Shown piece after piece: positions 9,327 through 18,819 of a stretch of 64,000 nt of DNA (position 1 is the stretch's first letter; each line of letters begins with the position of its first letter). The notes under the pieces were generated by a model, which was not told the origin of the DNA, did not search any database, and saw nothing but the letters and a program-made list of their open reading frames with translations. The DNA lies in contig CAZOLI010000009.1 in the NCBI GenBank assembly GCA_964580675.1, forward strand, positions 7,008-71,007. Reading direction: 5' to 3'. The stretch is from an uncultured Planctomycetia bacterium. GTDB lineage: Bacteria; Planctomycetota; MHYJ01; CAYXQY01. A program made the translations under genes and the position numbers.

Positions 9327-10401
9327 GGGAAGACAGGTTTACCTCCTGAGAGGTGGACAAATTCAGTGACTCCATCAATTTTCTCGATGCGGTGTACGGA
9401 GAAACATCCCGTTCCTGAATTTTTTGAATCAGATCATCCCGCCTTGCATTAAAGGTGGAACTGTTCTCCAGAACCTGCTCGAATTCGGTTTTAAACACGA
9501 TCTGAAGCTGATTTCTCGCGTGGGTTTTCCGCCGTGCCTCCTCCGCCGGACTGCCGCTGTACGCCTCGCGCCGGTCAAGGAGAGCGGCAAGCAGTTCGTC
9601 AACGCCTTCTCCGGAACTTGCACTTGTCTGAAACATTTTCACATCAACCGGTGCCCCGTCGTTGTCCTCCTCCCGTCCATCGGACGGGGTGTTTCCTTCC
9701 GCGTCCGGAAGGAGGTCGGAGGTTTCGTCCGACGAATCCGTACGAGAAGCCTTCATGCGGAGAATACTCCGAATTTCGTGTTCCACCCGATCGGCTCCCT
9801 CCCGATCGGACTTGTTCACCACAATAAAATCCCCGATTTCCATCAGGCCGGCCTTCATGGCCTGAATGGAATCACCCGATTCCGGTGTTAGTACCAGCAT
9901 TGTGGTGTCCACAAGACCGCTCACCTCGACATCGGCCTGTCCGACACCCACCGTCTCGACCAGAAGAATATCTTTGCCCGCCGCGTCGAGAAGGTCACAA
10001 ACCTGCAGCGTGGTGGGGGCCAATCCTCCCTGACGCCCACGGCTGGCCATGCTTCGAATGAACACGAGCGGATCGCGGGCGGAGGACATCCGAACACGGT
10101 CGCCCAGCAGAGCTCCGCCCGTAAATGGACTGCTGGGATCCACGGCCACTACACCGACCGAAATATCACGATCGGCAAAATCGCCGGCAAGACTCTTGAT
10201 CAACGTGCTTTTGCCGCTTCCCGGTGGACCCGTTACACCAATTCGATGGGCTCCACCCACACGGTTATACACCGATTCCAGCAGCTCCCGGCTTCCTTCG
10301 TTCTTGTTTTCAACTGCGGTTATTCCCCGGGCGAGGCTGCGCTTGTCCCCTGATAGAATACCATCCGCGAGTTCCGGTACGTTGAGTTTATTCATGACCA
10401 A
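9319..10401 (-). CDS. meaB: MeaB G-protein chaperone of B12 mutase
   Basis: TGPPGSGKST, AVDPSSPFTGGALLGDRVRM, VETVGVGQ, GDSIQAMKAGLME, NKSD. It overlaps the mutase start. Confidence 0.93.
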   Translation of the reverse strand: MVMNKLNVPELADGILSGDKRSLARGITAVENKNEGSRELLESVYNRVGGAHRIGVTGPPGSGKSTLIKSLAGDFADRDISVGVVAVDPSSPFTGGALLGDRVRMSSARDPLVFIRSMASRGRQGGLAPTTLQVCDLLDAAGKDILLVETVGVGQADVEVSGLVDTTMLVLTPESGDSIQAMKAGLMEIGDFIVVNKSDREGADRVEHEIRSILRMKASRTDSSDETSDLLPDAEGNTPSDGREEDNDGAPVDVKMFQTSASSGEGVDELLAALLDRREAYSGSPAEEARRKTHARNQLQIVFKTEFEQVLENSSTFNARRDDLIQKIQERDVSPYTASRKLMESLNLSTSQEVNLSSHE

Positions 10402-10574
10402 TCATTATATCCCAGGCTCAAAATAGGGTCAAATATATCGGGACCGGGCCAGTTGCCCCGGCTCTTCCATTATTCACCGGCTAAATTCGATTTAATCCAA
10501 TCCATCTGTTACCGTCCGAATATTCCTGCATTTCCTTGTATTAACGCAATTGTTCTGTTACAGTTTCAACTGAA

Positions 10575-11570
10575 ATGGATTACTTCGAATTCAAAAACAA
10601 CATTCCGGCACCGGACGAACTCTCCGCTCTCCTGATTACCGGGGAAGACTCGTACCTCCGGAAGGATGCTATTCAGCGAATGCAGGAGGAGGGGAACTTT
10701 CAGAAACAGACGGTGCGCGGGGAAAAGGTGGATCCGGCCGACCTGGAGGAGCGACTGCGGTCGCGAACCATGTTCGATCAGTCCCGGCTCGTCGTGGTTT
10801 CAGATCCCGACGGCCGCTTCCTGAAAGATCGGAAGGAGTGGATCCAGAATTACCTTGAACATCCCTCAACGGAACATCTCCTCCTGATCGAATGTCCATC
10901 CCCCCACGGAAACCTGAAAAGTGTGCGTTTGCTGAAGGAATCCGGACAACACGTGTCATGTGGCACACCGGACAAACAACGGCTCCAGAACTGGGTTCGA
11001 CGGTACTTCCAGCGATCGGGTCTTCAAATAGGATCCGACGCAACCGATGAACTATTATCAAGAACCGGGGAAGAACTTCAGGTGCTACAGACGGAGATGG
11101 AAAAACTTGAACTTTACTGCCGGGGAAAGGACGTTGTTTCGGCCTCGGACGTAAAGAATTGCGTCACCCAACCTGAGAAACTGGGGTTTTTTGACTTTAC
11201 CGACGGTTGGCTCGAAGGAAATTACGAAGAGGTTATATCGGATTTGCGCCGGCAGATACGGGAGGGATCACACGAGACCAAAATAAGTGGTGGTTTGTTA
11301 TGGGCCCTCAGACGCTTGAGATTGATGGTTGATTTGTACAAAATAGGCTTCTCTACTACCGATATATCCTCGTATCTGGAAATTCGTGAGTGGGTGGTAA
11401 AAAAGCACCTGCAAAAATGGGGAGAGGTGGATTCCGACCGGTTGAAGGAAGCGTCGGAAGGATTTCTGAAAAAAGACCTTCTTGTCCGAAGCGGAACACT
11501 CCCCCCGGACCTCAGTCTCGAACTGCTGGTCCTCGACGGTTTTCGGGAATGCGATATCGAGTTTCGCTGA
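10575..11570 (+). CDS. holA: DNA polymerase III delta subunit
   Basis: LLITGEDSYL, RTMFDQSRLVVV, LQTEMEKLELY, FFDFTD, DLSLELLV; 331 aa, typical HolA layout. Confidence 0.85.
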   Translation: MDYFEFKNNIPAPDELSALLITGEDSYLRKDAIQRMQEEGNFQKQTVRGEKVDPADLEERLRSRTMFDQSRLVVVSDPDGRFLKDRKEWIQNYLEHPSTEHLLLIECPSPHGNLKSVRLLKESGQHVSCGTPDKQRLQNWVRRYFQRSGLQIGSDATDELLSRTGEELQVLQTEMEKLELYCRGKDVVSASDVKNCVTQPEKLGFFDFTDGWLEGNYEEVISDLRRQIREGSHETKISGGLLWALRRLRLMVDLYKIGFSTTDISSYLEIREWVVKKHLQKWGEVDSDRLKEASEGFLKKDLLVRSGTLPPDLSLELLVLDGFRECDIEFR

Positions 11571-11634
11571 ACCCATGGACGGGCTCAGTAACGGTCATAC
11601 ATGATGTTTACATTTTCTCTGCCAGGGGACAACG

Positions 11635-11853
11635 ATGGTAGCATTCTGCCATAGCTGCAAACACAGTCTTCCTTATGCCGATGTGATCATCAGAAATGGA
11701 CAGGAGGAACCCACACCCGGGTACGTCTGTCCACTCTGCGGTGAGCTCGCAAACGAAGAAGAGGATGCGGACGATTCGCAAAACGACAACACACCGGAAC
11801 TGGACGACGATGAATTCGTCATCCGCGACGGTCAAGTCGAGACCACGCAATAA
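11635..11853 (+). CDS. Small CxxC-CxxC zinc-finger protein with acidic tail
   Basis: FCHSC...VCPLC followed by a D/E-rich tail. It is in the same frame as the next gene. Confidence 0.6.
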   Translation: MVAFCHSCKHSLPYADVIIRNGQEEPTPGYVCPLCGELANEEEDADDSQNDNTPELDDDEFVIRDGQVETTQ

Positions 11854-11871
11854 AAATTCGGAAAAGAGACG

Positions 11872-12795
11872 ATGGAACAGAGCGATCAAAAGAAACAGAA
11901 CCCGAACAGGAAAGATTCCGACCAACAGGACGACCGTGAGTTCAGATCCAGGGATCGACGGAACGATGGACACGCCGGCATCATCAAATTCTTCCTGATC
12001 GGAAGTGGGGTACTTGTGGTACTTATAGCCGCCGTCATTGCATACAAGTTTATTATCCCCGAACTAATGGACGGTGGGTCGGCAAACGGGCCGGCCAAAA
12101 AGATCTCCTGGAAAGAATACCGGTCCCGGGCCATGTCCCTGAAAAAACAGGGACACGACAAATTGATGAAGGGAGAAAACGAAAAAAGTCCCAAAATGCT
12201 CCGGGCGGCTCTGAGCAAGTACAGAAAAGCCCAGGACGAACTGCTTGAATATCAGAAAAAGGCAGAGAAAGAGGATGATTCATTTGACTTTAACGTAAAG
12301 AAAACGGAAGAGTGGGAAAACCTGGAAGCAATGGTCCAGAGAACCCGGGAAAAAATTAATAAATTTGGCGGAGAGGTATCCGGTGACACCAATTCCAAGG
12401 ATCATTCAAACAACAATGAGGGAGACGGAGGTTCCCGAAAGGAAAACACGGAGCTTTCCTTCAACATTTCGATGCCGAACGAAGAAGACCAGAAAAAACT
12501 TGATCAGGTTCAATCCTTCGTGAAGCAAACGGATCACCTCCTGACCAAAATTCAGGAGGACCTTTCCCCGGGGTCGGAGGAATTCAACCAAACGCTGGAG
12601 AAAGCGGAATCAAACTACGACTCGGCGGTCGAAATCGTCAATAATTTGATGGATAAATACAAGGAGAAAAACACGGACATCGAGACCCAGCTCCGGATGA
12701 ACGTGAAATTTGAATACCTTAAGGACTTCAACACACAAATTCGGAAACTAAAAAAGGATTCGGAGCCCACCAGCATGGAGGAGGAAACAGGGTAA
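11872..12795 (+). CDS. Single-TM hypothetical protein with helical extracytoplasmic domain
   Basis: Charged N-terminus, TM IIKFFLIGSGVLVVLIAAVIAY, coiled-coil-like remainder. Confidence 0.7.
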   Translation: MEQSDQKKQNPNRKDSDQQDDREFRSRDRRNDGHAGIIKFFLIGSGVLVVLIAAVIAYKFIIPELMDGGSANGPAKKISWKEYRSRAMSLKKQGHDKLMKGENEKSPKMLRAALSKYRKAQDELLEYQKKAEKEDDSFDFNVKKTEEWENLEAMVQRTREKINKFGGEVSGDTNSKDHSNNNEGDGGSRKENTELSFNISMPNEEDQKKLDQVQSFVKQTDHLLTKIQEDLSPGSEEFNQTLEKAESNYDSAVEIVNNLMDKYKEKNTDIETQLRMNVKFEYLKDFNTQIRKLKKDSEPTSMEEETG

Positions 12796-12964
12796 GCCGG
12801 GGGCACGTCCGAGAACCGACCTCTGCGTCGTACCGGGGCCTGCAGGAGGGTATGAATTACGGAGTCCAAACCTCTCATGATGAATCCCGACGACCGATTC
12901 GAAAACGGTAATCAGCCGGAACATTGGATGCATGAAATTTTCCCAGAGGAGGGGGATGCCGACC

Positions 12965-14050
12965 ATGAATCCGAATAAAACCCGAACCGGTCTTACAATT
13001 TCGGCCGGACTGATGTTGATTTTTTTCGTTTGCGGATGCGGTTCAACGAATTCTTCCGCGCTTGATCGTCCTGAACAGCTCGGACGTGTTGGAATTATGA
13101 ACGAATCGGTTCAGGACAAAGATCGTTCGAACAAATCGCGGAACCCGGAGGATCGGAACAACAATTCTTCCTCCTCCCGTCCCCCCCGCAAGTGGGGCCG
13201 ATCATCGTTGGAAACGGACGACCGGCCCTCCGGGGAAAACGACGGTGGTGAACAACGGGAGTCGCCCCCCGAAAACGTGAAGAACGATGACGGGGACACT
13301 CGGACCAACACAGATCAAACGGGAAATGCCTCCGGAAATGTGCTGGATAACGTGGCTTCGTTTCCCGAACTCCTGAACAGCGTCGAGCGGGAGTTGCAAA
13401 AGATGCCCGGTCGGAACAAAGCTATTCTGATGCGTGCTGCTATTCACCATATACGGGATGACGGCCCCGGAAATCTGAGTATACTGAAGAAACTAAAAAA
13501 CCAGAAAGGAGACATGGCCGAATTTTTTGAGGCGCTGACGTACTACGACATCGGGGAAAACAGGCGAGCCCTGAAAAAACTCGAGACCATCAGGAACCGC
13601 TGGCGACGTTCGAATCCAATTCAGATTGACAAAGCGGTCTTCGTCAGTCACATAAAAGGATTCGAACAGTACGAGCGGACGCCGCGTGTGTTTTCCCCCG
13701 GAGACTTCGTGAAGCTTTATGTGCGCGTGTCCAACTTCGGCACCGAAAAAACAGCGGAGGGAACACACCGGGCGTCGTTTCAGGTAACGTTCCAGCTTTA
13801 CAAACGTTCCTGGGATCCGGTGGAATCGAAGGAAACCGAGAAAAAAATAAAGCTACCCTCCTCCACGAAAAAAGCCAGATCAACGCTGTCAAGAACGTAC
13901 GACTTTCCCATTGAACGGAAGCATCTTGCAATCGGAATTCCTCTCCCGGAAGATATTCCGCAGGGTGATAATTACGTCATCCGTCTGAAGGTAACGGATC
14001 AAATCTGGAACACGACAAACAAAACGGACGTTCGTTTTCGAATTCAATAA
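12965..14050 (+). CDS. Hypothetical lipoprotein (disordered linker, TPR-like region, beta-sandwich-like C-terminus)
   Basis: Lipobox FVCGC, low-complexity linker, FSPGDFVKLYVRVSNF...YVIRLKVTD. Start placed at ATG 12965. Confidence 0.7.
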   Translation: MNPNKTRTGLTISAGLMLIFFVCGCGSTNSSALDRPEQLGRVGIMNESVQDKDRSNKSRNPEDRNNNSSSSRPPRKWGRSSLETDDRPSGENDGGEQRESPPENVKNDDGDTRTNTDQTGNASGNVLDNVASFPELLNSVERELQKMPGRNKAILMRAAIHHIRDDGPGNLSILKKLKNQKGDMAEFFEALTYYDIGENRRALKKLETIRNRWRRSNPIQIDKAVFVSHIKGFEQYERTPRVFSPGDFVKLYVRVSNFGTEKTAEGTHRASFQVTFQLYKRSWDPVESKETEKKIKLPSSTKKARSTLSRTYDFPIERKHLAIGIPLPEDIPQGDNYVIRLKVTDQIWNTTNKTDVRFRIQ

Positions 14051-14062
14051 CATGAGGTCATT

Positions 14063-14752
14063 ATGAAATTTTTCCTGGATACGGCAAACCTGGACGAAAT
14101 CCGAGAAACTGCGGACCTGGGCATTCTCGATGGTGTGACAACAAATCCGTCCCTCATCTCCGAGGAGGACATTGAATTTGAGGAGGCCATTGAAGAGATA
14201 TCCGAAATTCTTCCGGACGGTGTTGTTAACGCCGAAGTGGTTAGCACCAACACGGAGGGAATGCTTGAAGAGGCGCGTCAGCTTTCGTCAATAGCGGAGA
14301 ACGTCATCGTGAAAATTCCGCTAATTCCCGACGGCATCCGTGCCGTTTCGCGCCTGTCAGACGAAGGAATCCGGACGAACGTCACACTCTGCTTCAGTGC
14401 GAACCAGGCCATTTTTGCCGCCAAAGCCGGTGCCACATTTATCAGTCCCTTCGTCGGACGAATCGACGACCGTGGTCACCAGGGGATGGAAGTGGTAAAG
14501 GACATCCGGACCATATACGACAACTACAAATTCGACACGGAGATACTCACGGCCAGCGTTCGTCATCCGGATCACGTACTTCAGGCCGCGCGTGTCGGCT
14601 CGGACATCGTGACCATGCCCTACGAGGTATTTCACAAGTTGCTACAGCACCCCCTGACGGATCAGGGCCTGGAACGGTTTCTTTCGGACTGGAATGCCGC
14701 ACAGGAAGAGGAGGATCAGGAAGAACCGGTTGAATCCGTTACGAAGAAATAA
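14063..14752 (+). CDS. tal: Transaldolase (TalC/FSA family, transaldolase-type residues)
   Basis: FLDTAN, GVTTNPSL, IVKIP. AEVVS (Glu) and SPFVGR (Phe) match transaldolase rather than FSA (Gln/Tyr). Confidence 0.92.
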   Translation: MKFFLDTANLDEIRETADLGILDGVTTNPSLISEEDIEFEEAIEEISEILPDGVVNAEVVSTNTEGMLEEARQLSSIAENVIVKIPLIPDGIRAVSRLSDEGIRTNVTLCFSANQAIFAAKAGATFISPFVGRIDDRGHQGMEVVKDIRTIYDNYKFDTEILTASVRHPDHVLQAARVGSDIVTMPYEVFHKLLQHPLTDQGLERFLSDWNAAQEEEDQEEPVESVTKK

Positions 14753-15574
14753 ATGACCGGTTCGACCTGTTCCTGGATTCACGGCATCGGTTCTGTCTTT
14801 GTTCTGGTATTTCTGATTTCCTGTGCGGGGAGTCCGGAACCGGATCAGAAGGAGGAACAGCTGATCCAGCAGATTGAGAAAAGCTGGACAAAAGCCGATA
14901 ACGAACGTGTCTTCAACCTCGCTCAGAAATACCTGAAGCGTTACCCAAACGGTCGCTTCGCGTCCAAAGCCTGGTTGCGCGTCGGCCAGATCCAGTTCTT
15001 GTTTCAGAATTACGACCGTGCACTAAACGCCGTCCAGAAGGGTCTCGCCGGGTCTCCGGATCCCGAAATTAAAGCTCCTCTGTACCAGCTCAGAGGGAAA
15101 ATCTACTCCCGGAAGCACAATTACGAGGAAGCCCGGAAAGCGTTTCGACAAACCGGCAGATACCTCCGGGATTATCCGGAAGGGGAAAAATCTATTTCGG
15201 TGGCTTACCTCCTGTATCGAATTGGCTACGCGTGGATACGAACCGGGCATTTCTCAAAAGGAAAGGAAATCTGGGAGCAGGTTGTTGAGCGGTACCCCGA
15301 CACGGAAATCGCCCGGCGTCTGCGGAACAAGAAACTTCCCTTTTTTCAGCGATACTTCGCCATTCAAATGGGTGCGTTCCTCAAACGGGAAAACGCGGAA
15401 GAGCTTAAGTCCGACCTGGAAGAGAAAGGATTTAACCCGTATATCGAACGGGTCCGAGCAAACGGACAGATGTATTACTGCGTTCGGGAGGGGCGTTTCA
15501 AACAATATCGGAACGCCCGGAAGAAAGCCCAAAAACTGAAACACGACGGCAAAAGTGTATTCATCATTCCATAA
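14753..15574 (+). CDS. TPR + SPOR domain lipoprotein
   Basis: Lipobox LISC, TPR repeats (YLKRYPNGRFASKAWL, VVERYPDT), C-terminal SPOR (AIQMGAFLKRENAEEL...YCVREGRF). Confidence 0.85.
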   Translation: MTGSTCSWIHGIGSVFVLVFLISCAGSPEPDQKEEQLIQQIEKSWTKADNERVFNLAQKYLKRYPNGRFASKAWLRVGQIQFLFQNYDRALNAVQKGLAGSPDPEIKAPLYQLRGKIYSRKHNYEEARKAFRQTGRYLRDYPEGEKSISVAYLLYRIGYAWIRTGHFSKGKEIWEQVVERYPDTEIARRLRNKKLPFFQRYFAIQMGAFLKRENAEELKSDLEEKGFNPYIERVRANGQMYYCVREGRFKQYRNARKKAQKLKHDGKSVFIIP

Positions 15575-15583
15575 GAACTCGCC

Positions 15584-18196
15584 ATGTCCACGCCATTAAT
15601 GAAACAGTATTACCGGATCAAGGAACAGCATCCGGATGACATTGTGTTTTTTCACCTGGGAGATTTTTACGAAGTATTCGACGAGGACGCCGAACTTGTC
15701 TCCCGGGAACTGGACATCACGTTAACAAGTCGGTTTCAGGGAGAGGACGAAGTGCCGATGGCGGGGGTCCCGGTGCAGAAATCAGAAAGTTACATTAAGA
15801 GACTCCTCCAGAACGGACACCGGGTGGCCATTTGTGATCAGGTAGAAGACGCGGACGAGGCCAGCGGTCTCGTTGAACGTGACGTCGTCCGTGTGATTAC
15901 CCCGGGAACAATTACGGAGGAGGAATACCTTTCCGAGAAAAAGAATAATTTTCTTGCCAGTATTTACCTGGATGAGGACGAGGGTGGACTCGCATGGGCG
16001 GATCTATCCACGGGAACATTCAAATTAGAAAAAATTCCGGCGGATGCACTGCTCGACGAAATTTCCCGGATCGGACCTGCCGAATGTATTTCCTCCGAAT
16101 CTCTTCGTCACCGTTCGGACGACTTCTTCCAGGCTGTGGAGGACGCCGCCGGTTGCATGATGACCACTGTCCCCGAGTGGACCTTCGAACTCGAGACGGC
16201 CATTGATGTGCTTACGGACCATTTTGAAACCACGTTGCTGGACGGGTTCGGCATTAACGAACCCGGGGAGGGGGTCCGTGCCGCCGGTGCACTTATCGAA
16301 TACTTAAAGGAAACACAGAAGGGAAAACTGGACCACATCAAACGGCTAACCCCACACGACCGGTCCGGAACGATGGTCCTCGACAAAATATCCCAGCGAT
16401 CCCTGGAATTAACGGAAACCATCCGAACCGGGGAAGAGAAAGGATCCCTTATTCACATTCTGGATCGAACGGACACGGCAATGGGGGGACGGTTGATCCG
16501 GAGATGGCTCCTGGCCCCTCTGACCAACCCGGAGGAAATAAAACAGAGACAGGGAGCTGTGGAAAGCCTCAAGAACAATTATCAAATGAGGAATGAAATC
16601 AGGGAACAACTCAAGGAAGTATACGATATTGAACGAATCACGTCGAAACTGGGCAGTGGCCGGGCCACGCCCCGGGATCTTGTTTCGCTCCGAACTTCTC
16701 TTGCAAACCTGCCTCCTCTCCTGGAAACACTCGAACCCGGAACCGACCTCCTGGATAAGGTGCAGAACCGGGTTCATCCCCTGACGGATCTTCGGGAGGA
16801 GCTCGAAGAGGCGATTCAGGATAACCCGCCGAGTGTGCTTTCCGACGGCGGGATATTTCGGGACGGCTACAACGAAGAACTGGACGAACTCCGCGACCTC
16901 CAGGAAAGCGGGAAAGAATGGATGGCGGAGTTTGAACAGCAGGAAAAGGAAAAAACGGGCATCGACAACCTGAAAGTCGGGTTTAACAAAGTACATGGTT
17001 ATTACATCGAAGTAACAAAAGCGAAGACGGACCGGGTCCCGGAGGAATACGATCGGAAACAAACACTGAAAAACGCCGAGAGATATATCACACCGGAACT
17101 CAAAGAGAAGGAGAGTCAGCTGCTAAACGCCGAGGAACAGGCCAAGGACCTCGAATACAACCTGTTCCTCGAACTTCGAACAGAAACGGCCAAACAGATC
17201 GATGAACTTCAGAAGACGGCTCGAGCCCTTGCCGAACTGGACACCCTCGTTTCCCTTGCGACGGTTGCAGAGGAGAAGGACTGGCGAAAGCCGGAAATCG
17301 TCGAGGAACCCCTCATCAACGTGAAGGAAGGAAGACATCCGGTTGTTGAGGAAATTCAGGATGAACGATTCGTCCCGAACCACACGGAGATGAGTGTCTC
17401 GGACAACCGTCTCCTCATCATTACCGGGCCGAACATGGCCGGGAAATCAACGTATATTCGACAGGTGGGACTCCTCTGTATACTGGCCCAGATGGGAAGC
17501 TTTATTCCCGCGAGAAAAGGCACGATAGGCATTGTGGATCAAATATTTACAAGAGTCGGTGCGTCCGATGAACTAAGTCGCGGTGCCAGCACATTTATGG
17601 TGGAAATGACCGAAACAGCAAACATCCTGAACAATGCCACGAGAAGAAGTCTCGTCATCCTGGATGAGGTCGGCCGGGGAACCAGCACCACGGACGGTGT
17701 CAGCATTGCGCGCGCCGTCTGTGAGCATATTCATGATCGGCTTGGATCGCGAACTCTCTTTGCCACACACTATCAGGAATTGTCCGTGCTGGAAGAGGAA
17801 CTGCCCGGCGTGAAGAATTATCACTTCGGGGCAAGCGATCGGGAAGGGGACATCGTGTTTCAGCGAAAATTAAAACCGGGGGCCAGCGATCGTTCCTACG
17901 GCATCCACGTCGCGAATCTGGCGGGCATTCCGGAGGAGGTTGTTCGACGTGCGGAAATGATTTTGAAGAACCTGGAGGATGATCGACGGAACGTTGATCA
18001 ACGCCGATCAGAATTAAGCAGGGCCGCTGACCGAACACAAAAGAACATGTTCGTCTCGCCCGAAGCGGAGGAAAAAGCGGAACAGTTATCCGAAATTGAA
18101 GAAGTGCTGTCCGACGTCGACATAAACGAAACACCTCCCATCAGGGCCCTGGAAATTTTGAAAGAAATAAAACATCAATTGGGCGATGGAAGTTGA
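15584..18196 (+). CDS. mutS: DNA mismatch repair protein MutS
   Basis: TPLMKQY, FFHLGDFYEVF, TGPNMAGKSTYIRQ, STFMVEM, ILDEVGRGTST, FATHY, SYGIHVA. Confidence 0.98.
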   Translation: MSTPLMKQYYRIKEQHPDDIVFFHLGDFYEVFDEDAELVSRELDITLTSRFQGEDEVPMAGVPVQKSESYIKRLLQNGHRVAICDQVEDADEASGLVERDVVRVITPGTITEEEYLSEKKNNFLASIYLDEDEGGLAWADLSTGTFKLEKIPADALLDEISRIGPAECISSESLRHRSDDFFQAVEDAAGCMMTTVPEWTFELETAIDVLTDHFETTLLDGFGINEPGEGVRAAGALIEYLKETQKGKLDHIKRLTPHDRSGTMVLDKISQRSLELTETIRTGEEKGSLIHILDRTDTAMGGRLIRRWLLAPLTNPEEIKQRQGAVESLKNNYQMRNEIREQLKEVYDIERITSKLGSGRATPRDLVSLRTSLANLPPLLETLEPGTDLLDKVQNRVHPLTDLREELEEAIQDNPPSVLSDGGIFRDGYNEELDELRDLQESGKEWMAEFEQQEKEKTGIDNLKVGFNKVHGYYIEVTKAKTDRVPEEYDRKQTLKNAERYITPELKEKESQLLNAEEQAKDLEYNLFLELRTETAKQIDELQKTARALAELDTLVSLATVAEEKDWRKPEIVEEPLINVKEGRHPVVEEIQDERFVPNHTEMSVSDNRLLIITGPNMAGKSTYIRQVGLLCILAQMGSFIPARKGTIGIVDQIFTRVGASDELSRGASTFMVEMTETANILNNATRRSLVILDEVGRGTSTTDGVSIARAVCEHIHDRLGSRTLFATHYQELSVLEEELPGVKNYHFGASDREGDIVFQRKLKPGASDRSYGIHVANLAGIPEEVVRRAEMILKNLEDDRRNVDQRRSELSRAADRTQKNMFVSPEAEEKAEQLSEIEEVLSDVDINETPPIRALEILKEIKHQLGDGS

Positions 18197-18242
18197 TCGG
18201 GCTTGAATTACTCAATCAAATGTTTTAACCCATTTAATCCCG

Positions 18243-18587
18243 CAACACAAAAAATGCGCGATCCCGGATCGGTTGCCGGTCGGGAATTCGGCACGCCCGA
18301 CCGAACGGATACGGAGGAGGAAATTATCCTGATAGGTGGTACGGGGGATATTCCGAACCGGGTTCTTTCGAGGATTCCCGGGCCATTGCGCGGGAACAAA
18401 CAAATCGGCGTTCAGAATCTTCCTTCAATGACATGAAGAACCAAACTTGAAGGGGGAACACACGGAACAACAGACCGGGCAAGAACATTAGTAGTAATTT
18501 CTCTGCCCTTACAGCCGAAACGAACGATGCCGGCGGCCGGTATCGGCTGTGAGGAAACGTGACCGGGATCACGAATTTTTTGTGTTG
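18243..18587. other. 345-nt structured element bounded by 25-bp imperfect inverted repeats (candidate ncRNA or MITE)
   Basis: CAACACAAAAAATGCGCGATCCCGG (18243-18267) matches the reverse complement of 18563-18587 at 23/25 positions. Five internal hairpins. Confidence 0.55.
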
Positions 18588-18628
18588 TACAAACAATCCG
18601 AAGAACCATTTTGATTGCGGTCCGTGTT

Positions 18629-18711
18629 CGGATGCCTCAAACCCCGTAAGGGGACGATATCCTGACGACACAAAATGAACCGGACGGGAAAACGCGTCGC
18701 CAGGAGATCCG
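18629..18711 (+). promoter_or_regulatory. Candidate cis-regulatory RNA, c-di-GMP-I (GEMM)-like three-way junction
   Basis: P1 CGGAT/ATCCG; P2 TC-AAA-CCCC-GTAA-GGGG-AC-GA; P3 TCCTGACGAC/GTCGCCAGGA. About 110 nt upstream of the VOC gene. Confidence 0.3.
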
Positions 18712-18819
18712 CAGGCTCCGGCAGCGGGCTCGCTCAGAATCTTCGGCCATCGGGCAACACATTTTCCGGACAATCTTTCACGTGGATATGGTACTCTTGA
18801 AGCAGGAGGTAGGAAACAA

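Noticed and set aside
11851-11853. Selenocysteine or pyrrolysine recoding at the in-frame stop
   Set aside because: The codon is TAA, not TGA or TAG.
18243-18587. RNase P RNA, T-box or hammerhead identity for the structured element
   Set aside because: Only fragments resemble them (GAGGAAATTATCC, AGGTGGTAC, GAAAC). The required partner motifs (GAGGAAAGTCC with ACAGAANNCGGC, GGTGGNACCGCG with a terminator, CTGANGA) are absent.
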